Assembly: GCF_018350175.1 (NCBI RefSeq)
Contig: NC_058368.1
Location: forward strand, 227,542,001-227,606,000
Length of the DNA: 64,000 bases
Direction of reading: 5' to 3'
Source of the DNA: Felis catus
Taxonomy: Eukaryota
Shown: piece by piece, positions 13,401-25,469 of the stretch
Layout: the number at the start of each line of letters is the position of its first letter
Position numbering within the stretch: position 1 is the stretch's first letter
Translations under genes and position numbers: made by a program
The notes under the pieces: generated by a model
Told to the model about the DNA's origin: nothing
What the model saw: the letters and a program-made list of their open reading frames with translations, nothing else
Databases searched by the model: none

Positions 13401-14293
13401 AGTTTGCATATATAAAGACTAGAAGAAAATGTGTTCAAACATAATCTGCAGTTGCCTGTGCTATTTCCCCCTCTGCTGCTCCTTCTGTACATTGTCTTCT
13501 TTTCGATTTTACAGTTAGCATACAGTTTCAGAGAAACTATGTATTTTGGGGCCATATACTGTGGAGTCCTGCATGGTTTTCTGGGAGAACTGTAAAAACT
13601 CACCAGGAGCATCTGGGCTGTGGCTCCTCCCCCCCCACCCCCAGCCAGTCCTCAGAGACGGGAGAGGAAGTGAGGGGAGCCCCCATGGACTCATTCCGAG
13701 GCTCATTTACCCCCACGCTCTCAGGCAGGCTATCCGGGGTTTATGGATTTGCTTGCTCACCACAAGGCTAACTTCGAGCACCTGGAGGAAATTCTTCAGC
13801 ATAAGAGCCATAAATCTGTGTTCATCCTGAAGTCTAGCTGAAGAAATATGCTTAGAAAGAGCACATACCAGAGAGGGAGCAGAGCCGAAGGGCAGAGGCC
13901 TGCTTCTCGTCTAGAGAGAAGAAAGGATTCCAGAGCAACGAAAGGCCGTTCTGTCCGAGGGCTCAGAGGAAATTTTTGGGTTTTGAGGAAATTTTCAGTC
14001 CATTTTATGAACTTCAAAATTTTAATACTTCAAAATTTCATGTTCCTCCTAAACAAAGCCAGATAATTTTAAGTTTCTTTGTACTTTGGTTGGAAATATA
14101 CATAAATTCAGTGTGTTCACACTGTTTTTGATTTTTCTCAAAACTGTCACCGTAAGTTCAGAGTGACAAATATATCTTTTATTAGTCAAAAGTGAGAAAA
14201 CAAAATTATTTAAAAACTGCAGTTTGCTTACAAGAAAAAATTACCTTTAATGTAGTTTTCGGAGAACACAAACACAGCAGCAGCAAGCAGATG

Positions 14294-14294
<1 letters not shown>

Positions 14295-14338
<44 letters not shown>

Positions 14339-14348
14339 CGCGCGCGCG
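14295..14348. repeat. (TG)18(CG)9 compound microsatellite
   Basis: Read directly from the sequence. Confidence 0.95.
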
Positions 14349-15989
14349 AGCACGCACAGGTGAGAAGCTGCAGGTGAGTGCGATTAACAAGGAGTTAGTG
14401 GAGGTCACACTGGCAGGGTCAGCAAGCACAGGAACGCTGGTGGCCTGACTTCTACAGCAACATACTATTCCCACTGTATTATCATGCATATCCTGTCATA
14501 AACTCTGACTCATTTAAAAATACTTAAAGAGCAAAACAGATTTGAGCTAGAATTTAGTTTGCATGGTAACTGGTGTGAAAAGGCCTTCATAGCTGAAACA
14601 ATACGACGCTGTGCTAAGAGCACTTTGGTGGTTTTCCTTTACTCACAGGAAGCAGAATGTCCTGTGCACGCGCATCTCTGACATGATGCATACTGTCAGA
14701 ACAGGTGCATATGACGTGTTTCGGCAAAGAAACGTCTTCCCTACATTTAGTCTTTGAAATGTTTTCCTTTAATTGCATTGGTGAGAATCCACACTCATCA
14801 AAAAAGACACAGAAGATGTGAAGCGAGTTCAAGGAGAAGGATAAGGCACACTCCTCTGTGTGTGCATCTGTTTAATGTTAAGGAGGATCACTACATTATG
14901 CTTTTCCTTAGGAGAATATGTACAGCACTGGAATAGATTCCATGTGTCCTATAAAAGGATATACTTATTTCAGAATGTGAACAAATTCAATAGTTCCACT
15001 ATCTTATCAGTGTAACTGGGCTCTCCCACTGAAACCCTCTTAAAATATAACTTATGGTTCTTGACCTTACCTAAAACCTGAGTTCTTTTCCTAGCAATTG
15101 CTTAGCAGTAAAGCTCTCCAGGCTCACGGCTGTGTCAGTTATTGGTAATGGCAAGGGCTGCACATAAAACAGGCTTTCGTGAAGATTGTTCCAAGCAAGA
15201 CTAATTCACGTTTGAAGGAGAATGCTTTAGTGAATATGTCAGAAAGCAGAAAAACAGCCTTTTCCCAAGGTACTCTCCAATAAACGAACTCCCAGATTGC
15301 TTGGGGGTCTAAATAAAAGCCTTGCAATCGCTTTCTATGATTTGCTGGGCATTTTAAAGTTATTTTGGGATTTATTTCTTGGATATTACTCAAAATCATT
15401 TTTCCTTTTCAATCTGATGTACATCTATCTCCACATAATCAATTAAGTAAGTAGAATCAGAATGTATTAAAATACCATTCTGATATAACATGACATTCAG
15501 GAACTTGGAACTGGTCTTGGAATTGCTATGAAGGTTTGGAGAGAGATGGACAGTCATGTCTCTCAAAAAAAAAAATTATTAACTACAGTTTTACTTTCTC
15601 TCATCTATCCTTTACTGTGGAGATTAGATTTTTTTCCCCCATGAAAATTCCAGTGGACGTCAATTTCTTTCCAAATTTGTGTCAGCTGTGTGGTTACAGC
15701 TTGGATAACATCACCTAGACTTTCCATGATAGTCTGAGCACTGCCAGAACAAAAATATGCCTCGGGGAAATGAAAACTATGATAGCATAACTACCCTCCA
15801 GTATTTAAAAGTTAAGTAATGTCTCTTCAGAAGAATTTCTAAAGAGCTAAAATAACGCTAGGATTCAAATTCTCTCCACAAAGACAATGCTGTCTTCTTG
15901 AAATCCATTACCTCTTAGCAAAACCGCTCATTAAAATATTTCGGTCCAAGCTTTGCGGAGGTGTATGATACATTGAGAAGAGTGCTCTA

Positions 15990-16110
15990 CTGTTATTCCC
16001 ATTTTACAGACAAAAAAACCCTGACGTTCAGAGACATAAGGGAGTTTTCTCAGGGCCCAGAGCTATTGAATGGCTCAGGCTTCAAATCAGACTTTTGATT
16101 TTTTTCTGCC
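15990..16110 (-). mobile_element. MIR fragment
   Basis: ttattcccattttacagac ... ttcaaatcagact MIR core motif. Confidence 0.6.
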
Positions 16111-17289
16111 CAGATGTTATTATTTTCAGTGAAGAGATCTCATGGATCATCTACTTTCATCCGCCTGGTGCAGAATTCCTAGTGGATGGTGTCACAAGGG
16201 ACCTGTCTGACCCAGACACCTCTAGAGAGGAAGGCCATCCTCAAACAATGTAATTAATATAAATATGATAAAAGTTATGGTTCATGACTTAAAAATGTCT
16301 TGATAGCTTTGTGAACAAAAAATACACAGAATATTGATAAAAAACTAACGTTTATACCAACAAATTCACTATTCATGCAGCCAACACTTATCTCTAACCA
16401 GATAATTTTGCTGTCTTCCTCGCATTTCGTGAACAAACATGTCAACAGAGCCACTTCCCCTGAGTTGCTCAAGGCACATTTTCTGCCTCCTCCTTCCTCT
16501 GACCTCTCCTTCTCTGGTGGGTTCCTCCACCTCATCCCTTCTCTCTTGAGCTCATAATAAGCTCTGGAAGTGCCCAGAAGGTCTCACCAGATCCCCCTGG
16601 CTGGTCCCTCTTGCGGCCCGCTTCCGAAGCACAGATGTGAATAACGGATGGTTTGAGAGTGGGGGGCAAACGGCAAGAGTACCAGGCCAGGCTCAAAATC
16701 CTGCTAGAAGTCATCCCTGCCTGTGAGCCAGAGACGGCCTAGTGAGAAACTCATTTAATGGCTGTACGGTCCGGACAGATGGTGCAAGTTGCTGCTGGGA
16801 AGCCAGCCTCCTCTGGAGCGCTGCAGGGCGGCTGTTCTGCGGAGACCCACAGACCTCACTCCCCACCCTCACTCCATTCTTTCGTATCCTGTTGCCTTTT
16901 CCTCAACATGGAGCTCATCGACTTCTCAAATGACCTTTGCAGTCATGTTTCCTGGTCTTAACTCTGGTTCTGTGTGCAAAGCCAAAGCCTGGCACACGCA
17001 CTCCCTTGAAATACACTGGTGGTGGCTGGAGCGTCCCTTCCCCTAACTTTACATTGTCTTATTATATGGCTGCGGTTCTTAAGACAAGGAACCAGAGAAT
17101 CAAAACACGAATGCAGGACACTGCTGTTTTCTTGAATGGTCTGAACCCCTCCCCCACCCCGCAATTAAACCTGAAACAGACCCGAGGCCAACTCAGATCA
17201 TAAGAAGGTGTGTGGCACAGATCCCTTTAGGCTGTTTACATGCCGTTTACAAGAAAGAAAGGATAAGCAACAGCAGTTCCCAGATATTA

Positions 17290-17950
17290 AGAATGCCCCC
17301 AGCCGCGCAATCAATCAACACGAGCGCTTCTCGTCCCGTTCCGAGAGCCCCCCTCTCCCAGGCGGGCAGCCGATAGCACAGGCCAGCGTTAAAGCACAAC
17401 ACACTGCGAAGCGTGCAGCCATCGCCCCGGCAGCCACCCGAGAGAACAGAGCCGGGGGAGCGGGCTGGAGGGGCGTGCACGGCAAGCGTGCGTACCTAGG
17501 TCGAGGATCCAGTACTTGCAGGTGCCGGGGGGCCCGCCGCTGCCGTAGGCCGAGCTGACGGAGGGCAGCGAGTCCAGCGCGTCCACCGGCTTCATTCCGT
17601 TCGGCATGGTGGGTGCCGGGGGCCTCGAGGCTGCAGGCTCAGGGCTCCCGCCCTGCCTATCCCGGCCAGGAGCCGGAGGCACCCACTCTCTCGCAAAGCC
17701 GGCAACGGCTCGGCAGGCACTGGGGGGGGGGGGGGGGCAGACGAGGCGGGCCGGGACCCGAGCAGGGGGGGGGGGGGGGGGCAGGCAGGCTGGCGGGCAG
17801 GGACCGCGCGGCCCCGGGGGCCCAGCCGTGGCCGGCGGGCGCAGCTCCTCTCCCGTGGCCGGCCGCTCCCTCTGCCTCGCCTCTGAGCGCCGCTTTCCAG
17901 TTGGGTCTCACATGTGGGAATATCCAGACGCTGCGGATTACATTCTACCA
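17290..17950 (-). promoter_or_regulatory. Intronic CpG island / putative internal TRIO promoter
   Basis: Visibly very high GC and CpG density relative to the flanks, with G16 (17722-17737) and G17 (17765-17781) tracts. Surrounds the candidate first exon. Boundaries approximate. Confidence 0.75.
17496..17607 (-). CDS. TRIO: Putative alternative coding first exon of a short TRIO isoform: MPNGMKPVDALDSLPSVSSAYGSGGPPGTCKYWILDL(D)
   Basis: ATG in context cccaccATG within a CpG island, followed by 37 codons plus 1 nt and donor TAG|gtacgc. Phase 1 is compatible with the exon ending at 291. Confidence 0.65.
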
Positions 17951-19400
17951 CAGTGACTCTAATTGGAGCTCAAGGAAATTCTGAGGGCGCACTGTGAGCC
18001 AGATGTTTCTGCTCTCCTCCAGCGGCCAGAGCTGTGATTTCCTCACTCACTGAAATGCCAAGTGACGGACGCCCTCCCCACGCCAGGCTTCCTGACTTGG
18101 GCTTTGTGTAGGTTTGGATGGAGGTCTTCTCGGAGACATACAATAAATAGTGCCTCCTGATGTGACTTGATAACCAAAAGACACGCAATTCGGTCTACAG
18201 CCAACCGGTTACATCACTGGGCTAAAATGCCACTCCTCGCTTATTAGAAACATAGCTTCCCTCTTCCTTATAGGCAGCAGCCATACAAGTGAAAATAAAT
18301 ACCTTTACTCGTGATTCGTAAAGGCATTTTTAGCGAAGCATCTTAAAAGCTCATTTTTGTCCTTTTCGGAAACGGGATATTTTCTTTAGCCTACATAAAT
18401 TCTTACTCTTTATTTGAAGGTTCTCACGGGTTCTCTCCCTTGTCTCCCACAGCACGATGGCTTCGTAGGCGACATTCCACCGTTTAACCACCATGAAGTC
18501 TGACTGTCCGACTCCTGTGTGAGAGTACTCGCGCTCCTGTTCCTCATTCATCTGAGAGGCCAGCACGGTGCTCTCCAAACTGTGATGGCCCATCTCCTGC
18601 TCTGAGGCAGTCACCTGGAATATTCTTTCATACACTCTAAAACTGTAATGTGGCTCTCTGTTATACATTTTCTGAAGGGGTGTTATTTGTTGAAGCCGAC
18701 ACTTAAAACAGGGCACTACCCTCCTGAGTTACTAGTAATTCTCCTATCTCTGTTTTATCTAACCTAACAGTACAGATGATTCTGTGTTGTTTTAATGCTT
18801 TGCTAAGAAACAATGTTGTCTTTTTAGTTCCCCAGTTGGAAGTTCAACTTGTATTCTCTCTCTGCCACCACCCACACTAGTTGTGAAGTGAGTTCAAAAA
18901 ATTCTCAAAGTATAAAATGTGAAAACAGCATAGACTTCTAGTTTCTTTCTCACTTTAATACAATTCACAACTACAAAAAAAGCATAAACCCATCGCACCC
19001 GAAGAAAGCTGTCTGGAGTACTTGTAACACCTCCCTAAAACAAACTGCCACGAAGTAGGATTTGCCTCCTGTTCTTCTTAAAAGACCAAAAGCAAAGCCT
19101 AAGTTTGTTTTTCCCTATAAATGGTCCCGTGATAGATCCAGATGCCGTACTCAGGCCAGGACCAAGCAAGAGGCGGAAATCTGCACAGAGCACTTTTTAT
19201 GCAAGTAAACTTTATTACTGAATAAATAATCTTCTCTCTTATTGGCAGAAGAAAAAGAAAAAAAAAAGGCAGTAAAAATTATGTCCTAAAGGAAATCAAG
19301 TTAATTGACATTCTAAGGTTTCATTTACTACAACCTTTATTAAATATTTTACTTTGTCCCTTTCCAAAAATATAGACTGCCAAGCAAGGGCTATTAATTT

Positions 19401-19458
19401 AAAAAAGTAAAAAAAAAAAAAAAAAAGAAAAAAGAAAAAAAGAAAAAAGAAAAAAAAA
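19401..19458. repeat. A-rich (A6-7G)n tract
   Basis: Read directly from the sequence. Confidence 0.9.
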
Positions 19459-20858
19459 GCTGTCAGGGAAAATGATTATGGGTAATATTATGTTCTCTAG
19501 TAAGAGGAAGGGGATGATGCTTAAAAATGAATACTACAATTTTGGCTGAGACATGTGTGAAATTTCCCCAGGAACTGCCTTCTTCAAAATGTCAAGTTCA
19601 CATGTGTGAGAGAGATGTAACACAGAGGGAAACGGGGAATAAAGGCAGGCAGGCTTCCATCCCCCCTTCCATGTGTGAAAGTGTGAGGTTATCGTAGTGT
19701 TTACTAGTAACGTGGCACTTTATAAAGTACGTAAAGATAAATTATATGACGTGAAGGTGCTGCCTGACCCCCACCCGGAAGGAGTGATGATCTAACTCTC
19801 TGGATCCACAGGCATGGAACCAACTGAAATGCTGACATCAGTGAAGAGTGCCGAGGCAAAGTGGGGAGAGAACCCCGACCGTGGGGCAAAAGCTTCCTGG
19901 AAGTAGGTTTTGAACTCCAAGGCCGATTCCTGCCTTGGTGGTGTGACCGGGATTTGCAGTACGAGTCTGAACCAAGTCCACGTGAGAAAGACCCAGGGTG
20001 GCCCCGGCAGCCTGCAGGCAGAAACGCTTGGTGGGCACGGCGGCCGCGTGTGGGGAAGGGACGGCGGGGAGGACAGAGGCTGGGGACCTCGCTTTCTTGG
20101 AGCAGCTGGGAAAGAAGGGAGGTTGGGCCACAACCGGCAGGGAAATCCGAAGCGACCGAGAAGTCGGAGAATGTGCGGGATGGGGTCAAAGCTCTGGGCA
20201 CAGGAGGAGCCTGCCTGCCTGCCGTGTGAGGATTCTATCACGTGGGGAAAGAAACAGATGGGGAGCTCAGTCTCGAACAGAGGGAGACGCCCTTTGCGAA
20301 CAAGGAAGGCATGTAAACTGACTAAACGTGGTGGGTTAAAGACAAACATTTTAGGCATTTGGTATTTTTGATAGGTTATGGATATTTCTTTGATAGCTAA
20401 ACACAGAATTAAAAGTGTCACAAAAGAGAAGTTCCACTGCCGAAGACAGCACCTTCCAAAACGTTACCCGAGGTTGGTCTGTGAGGATCCAAGGCCAGGG
20501 GTGCAGGGAAAGTAAGCGGGAGAGACCTGTGTGTCAGAAGGTTGAGCGCTGACTCTTGGGGCCACGGTTATGTTTCAAATCCCCCCAAAACAAATCATTA
20601 AGATCAACTAGGTCTGGGGTGCCTGCAAATGTGTCCTCAAAATGTAAGGTAAACACAGTCACAAAGGATCTAGCCATATTACAAAGGAAAACGTAGCCAC
20701 ACTAAAGGAAAGCGCTTACCTAAGTAACTTTGAAAAACAGTATTTTGATTCCAAACTGTAAAGCCAAAGACAAAAGACTTGTATGTTTTTGTCTTACAGA
20801 GGTGTGGGTCAGCAGTGAGAACAGGTGGAGTTCAATCTTCTAAAGTCAAGTCATTTTA

Positions 20859-21076
20859 GGGGCGCCTGGGTGGCGCAGTCGGTTAAGCGTCCGACTTCAG
20901 CCAGGTCACGATCTCGCGGTCCGTGGGTTCGAGCCCCGCGTCAGGCTTTGGGCTGATGGCTCAGAGCCTAGAGCCTGTTTCCGATTCTGTGTCTCCCTCT
21001 CTCTCTGCCCCTCCCCCGTTCATGCTCTGTCTCTCTCTGTCCCAAAAATAAATAAAAGTTGAAAAAAAAAAATTTT
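20859..21076 (+). mobile_element. Felid CAN-SINE, full length
   Basis: ggggcgcctgggtggcgcagtcggttaag head, CT region and A tail. Perfect TSD aaagtcaagtcatttta at 20842 and 21077. Confidence 0.95.
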
Positions 21077-21173
21077 AAAGTCAAGTCATTTTAGGTAAAG
21101 AAAATATTCACTTTCCAAGGAGGAAAATCACAGCCTTTTCTCGTAGGATTCAAAGTATATATGTATTAAACAA

Positions 21174-21369
21174 ATTTTTTAAATGTTTACTTATTGTTTG
21201 TGAGAGACAGAGTGTGAGCGGGGGAGGGGCAGACAGCGAGGGAGACACAGAATCCGAAGCAGGGTCCAGGCTCCAGGCTGTCAGCACAGAGCCCGACGCG
21301 GGGCTGAAACCGACGAACTGCAAGATCATGAGCCGAAGTCGGACACTTAACCGAGTCACCCAGGTGCCC
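21174..21369 (-). mobile_element. Felid CAN-SINE
   Basis: Reverse-complement SINEC body, inserted in or next to an old L1 segment. Confidence 0.9.
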
Positions 21370-21379
21370 ATCGTATATT

Positions 21380-22685
21380 CTGAATGATGAGATGCAGGTG
21401 TCTCACTATCAGAAAGGAAGGTTTCAGGTAAGGAGAGGTGAAGGACTAGAATGAGCCCTGTGTTGCCGAACAGGAGTTGGAGGTCTCAGTATGACATCAA
21501 GTCCCGTTTCTTTCTATGCGTGCTTACACGGAGAGACAGAGAGTATATGAGTGTAGACACGTGTGTGCATCTGGGTAGGTACACATACATGTCCACTGAG
21601 AAGACCTTAGTGCTTCATAGCGTTCTCCGAGAAAAAGAACCAGGACTTCTCGGAGAAACGGTTGATCTAGGGTTGCAGCAAGGAAAACACAAGAGGAGCT
21701 GGAAAACCTCGTAGTGTCAGAAAGCAAGAAAGCAAGCAAAAAACGATGGGGCGTGTCCAAAGTACACAAAGGCCCACTTGAAGGAGCTCCTAATGGCCGA
21801 AGCTCGAACAATCTGAGTAACAAATAAATAAGGACAATATTGGATTATGACTCATGGAATGAAATAAATGCCCATGACTCCACGCTGATGCAATTAACTG
21901 AATAAATAAGCAAATGAGGCAGGGGGACAGCCCTTCCTTTCAGAATTCTAATTAATAAATTTAGAAGATATGAGGGAGACGAGGAATCACCAGTAGGCAA
22001 GCAGCACAGTAACGAGGGTTCTGGGTGAGAACCACTGACGAATGCTAAAACGAGTGGGTAAAGGCAGGATGAGAAACAGTATTTGCATAGTTTCAAAATA
22101 ACTCCCACAAGGTACTATTTACAAAGAGAAGAACAGTAACTTTACAGCGAAGCAATACTGCAGTCACCACTCTAACCAGGCGACCAAGGTCACCACCACC
22201 AGCAGGGACACACGTCAGGATCCTCCCGAGCCCCCGGGGAACGCACGGAGATGCACAGTGTCGTTTTTGTGGTATTCTTGCCACAAGTGCATGCACCACA
22301 TTCAGTCATGAGAAGACATCTGATCAACAAACCCAATCTGAGGGACCGCTTACAAAACAAAGAACTGGTAAGACTTCAAAGGTGTCAAGGTCACGAAAGA
22401 TTAAAAAAAGGCAGAGGAACTAGCACAGATTGGAAACGAAATTCGACGCGTGTCTTGAATTGGACCCTGAGGCAGGCAAAAAGACCTTAAGGCAAAACCT
22501 GAAACAAGAGCTGTGGCCAATTAACAACTGCATCAAGGCTCCTGGTCACCGAACCAGGGTCATGTGCCGTGTGCCAAGGGGGGTGGGGTGCACTAGGCAA
22601 AGGGGGTGCAGGGATTCCTTGTGCTATTTCTGCAGCTTTTCTGGAAGTCTAAAATGACTTCAAAATAAAACGTTTTAAAAAATGA
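21380..22685 (+). mobile_element. Old L1 3' region (L1MC/L1MD-like)
   Basis: Motifs such as gaaggagctcctaatggcc...aataaataaggac and the terminal ctatttctgcagctttttctggaagtctaaaatgacttcaaaataaaa resemble recalled L1M 3' UTRs. Boundaries approximate. Confidence 0.7.
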
Positions 22686-23162
22686 ATTCAGCGTTCTGGT
22701 TGCATAAATACAAAAAGCTAAAGAAATTGAGAGCGTGGGACAAGTTACTAGAGCAAAATAGGCAGATTCAGAGGAGAATCTCTGTGGGAAAAGAAACATA
22801 TTAGACAAATCCATGGCCTGTGAAAACAGGTATCTATGGTTTACTGAAGAAATATACTGTAGGAATATAAAATCACTATCTGCCGGCATATTTGTAGGGC
22901 AAAACTTCAACAATTTCAATTCTCATGATTTAAGTTGGTTTGAAAGAAACTGTTTTGGTCAAAACACTCCCCAAAAATCAGTTTTAATGTAACTGTCTCC
23001 TGCGATGACCATTCCTCAAATATTTAAAATTAGAACTTCAATGTTCAAGGGCCCATTATTAATCTATCCAAAAAAATATGAAGGTCATTTTTGCAAAAGG
23101 AGGTCTTAAGAAACAAACAAAAAAAAAGGGGGGGGGGAGGTCATATACTAACGGTGCTTTTA

Positions 23163-23354
23163 TTTTCATTTTTTTTAAAGCTTATTTATTTTTGAGAGAC
23201 AGAGGGCAGGGGTGGGGGCAGAGAAAATCCCAAGCAGGCTCCATGCTGTCAGTGCAGAGTCTGACGAGGGGCTTGATCTCACAAACAGTGAGATCCTGAC
23301 CACAGTGGGAATCAAGAGTCGGATGCTTAGCCTACTGAGTCACCCAGGCACCCC
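23163..23354 (-). mobile_element. CAN-SINE (older, diverged)
   Basis: Reverse-complement SINEC body ending cacccaggcacccc. Confidence 0.9.
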
Positions 23355-23370
23355 ACAAATGGTGCCTTTT

Positions 23371-23583
23371 TTTTTTTTTAATGTTTATTTATTTTTGAGA
23401 CAGAGAGAGACAGAGCATGAACGGGGGAGCATCAGAGAGAAAGGGAGACACAGAATCCGAAGCAGGCTCCAGGCTCTGAGCTGTCAGGACAGAGCCCAAC
23501 GAGGGGCTTGAACTCAGGGACCGTGAGATCGTGACCTGAGCTGAAGTCGGACGCTTAACCGACTGAGCCACCCAGGCACCCCC
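23371..23583 (-). mobile_element. Felid CAN-SINE
   Basis: Full body. Near-TSD acaaatggtgcctttt / acaaatggcgctttta. Confidence 0.93.
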
Positions 23584-23640
23584 ACAAATGGCGCTTTTAA
23601 AATCAGAACTAAAAACATACGTAAAAAGAAAGCTATTTCT

Positions 23641-23811
23641 GGGGCGCCTCAGTGGCTGAGTCAGTTAAGTGACCGACTCTGGCTCAGGTCACGATCTTGC
23701 GGTTCATGAGTTCGAGACCCACGTCAGGCTGTGTGCTGGCCGCTCAGAGTCTGGAGCCTGCCTCAGGCTCTGTGTCTCCCTCTCTCTCTGCCCCTCCCCT
23801 GCTCATACTCT

Positions 23812-23852
<41 letters not shown>

Positions 23853-23879
23853 AATAAACAAACATTAAAAAAAAATTTA
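23641..23879 (+). mobile_element. Felid CAN-SINE with expanded (CT)n
   Basis: ggggcgcctcagtggctgagtcagttaag head, (CT)n at ~23814-23849, A-rich tail. Confidence 0.93.
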
Positions 23880-25469
23880 GAAGAGAAGCTTTTGTAAAAC
23901 TAGAATTCAGATGAGCCACAGGGTCTAAAGTCTTTCTATTCTGAAGAAGAAACATACATTATTAGGCAGCTAAAATACGATGAAAAGGTCCCCCAAAACC
24001 TTAAAGGCAAAAGATGGAATATGCAGCGCATTATCGACTACATTTTGATATTGAAACTCTAATGACCTAACTCTGAGGAATAGTATCTATAATTTCCTCT
24101 CAAAATTACTAGTGTCTTCCTGAGACTTGAACGCCCTTCATAACCCTGCTGAGTTTTTGGTAGCCTCTCTTCAAGCTAGCTCCGAACCCCAATTAAAGGA
24201 GCCACACGGGTCCCACAGTCACGGACACGGGGATATCTTGGAGCCCACGCTTCCTAGGACAGCGATTCCGGCCCGCTCCCCGTCCCCAGCGTCTCCCCTC
24301 TGCGCAGCATGTCCGCGGCGCTGGCCTCCAAACAGCTGCGGCACCCGGGTCGGGCTTCTCAGGTTCCACGCACAAAGATACTCCTGTTCAGAGGGTGTTT
24401 TGTCCAGTTTCTTAGCCCACAGATAACACCGCCCGCTCTGGAGGGAGCGGGTGGGATGACTAAGTCTTGCTTCTTAGGGCTCCATTCAGCACATTATTTC
24501 CTGCTGCTTTCGAGCACAGTTGCCAATCCACAAAAGCACCTTTATTGAGGCATTCAAACGCCACCTCTGGGTGCCAAAAATTCGATAGGCTCCTTTTCAT
24601 TGCTTTCCTTACTCACAAACGATGTGAGTTTTTCTCTTACTGTAACAAAACACACATTCAAGTACTCCTTTTTTACGTTTCACTTTAACTCACTGTGACA
24701 TTCTCTGTTTGCATCAGCACTGTGGGTTATTTGCAGAATGGCAACATGAGATGGGAAACCTTACAAACGTGTTCCCTAAAAAACAACAGAAACAACAGTG
24801 CTCAAAAAATTAGAGCAATGTCAGCAACCCCTTGTGGCCACTACATGCTCTGATGTCCCAGTTCTGCTAAACTCGAGTGGGGTACAGACCACAAAACCAC
24901 CGAGGGAGGGAGAATGGGAAGACCCGACAGGAAGCCTACTTCCCCAGAGTTTGCAAGAAAAACCAAGTGGCAGGTTTTGATGGTTTTCGGGGGGCTGGTG
25001 GGGAGAAAATTCTTCCTTTTGCGAACGGTGGTTCCATTCATTTATCACAAGACGCTCACTGCGGATACAGCCCGGTGCTCCACTAGGGGAGGGGGAAGAT
25101 GAGAGAAGTGTCTCAAAGGAAAGAAAAGAAGGGTGGGTTCCCAGGAAGAGGACCTCTTTGGGTGATGGAAGGCAACTGGAATTATCATCATTTAAATGAG
25201 GAAGTCAAAACGGAACCTTCTCAGACAAAGGGATTGCCGGGTGGGGGGGGGGGGTGGCGTGGGCTCTCAGGAATGTACCTATGGCTCCAGGAAGGCACGG
25301 TCTTGGGGACAGCGGACTTTGGAGACCAGCTTCTGGAATCCGCTCTTCCGCCAACGATGGCTGGTCTCGGGCACCTGAGTTTGTCTCTAGAAGCTACACC
25401 TTCTTCCCTGGACCAAAGGCTCCTTCCGGCTTGTGTGGAGAGCAGGATGCACAGTGGTCAAGAACTTGT

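Noticed and set aside
19704..20421. Stack of overlapping 100-200 aa ORFs
   Set aside because: GC-rich intronic sequence with no recognisable domain or consistent splice signals.
20712..20760. AG|GTAAGC recursive-splice-like site on the minus strand
   Set aside because: The pyrimidine tract is mediocre with a competing upstream AG, and vertebrate recursive sites are mostly in much longer introns.
20859..20945. tRNA-like A/B box sequence
   Set aside because: Head of a tRNA-derived SINE, not a tRNA gene.
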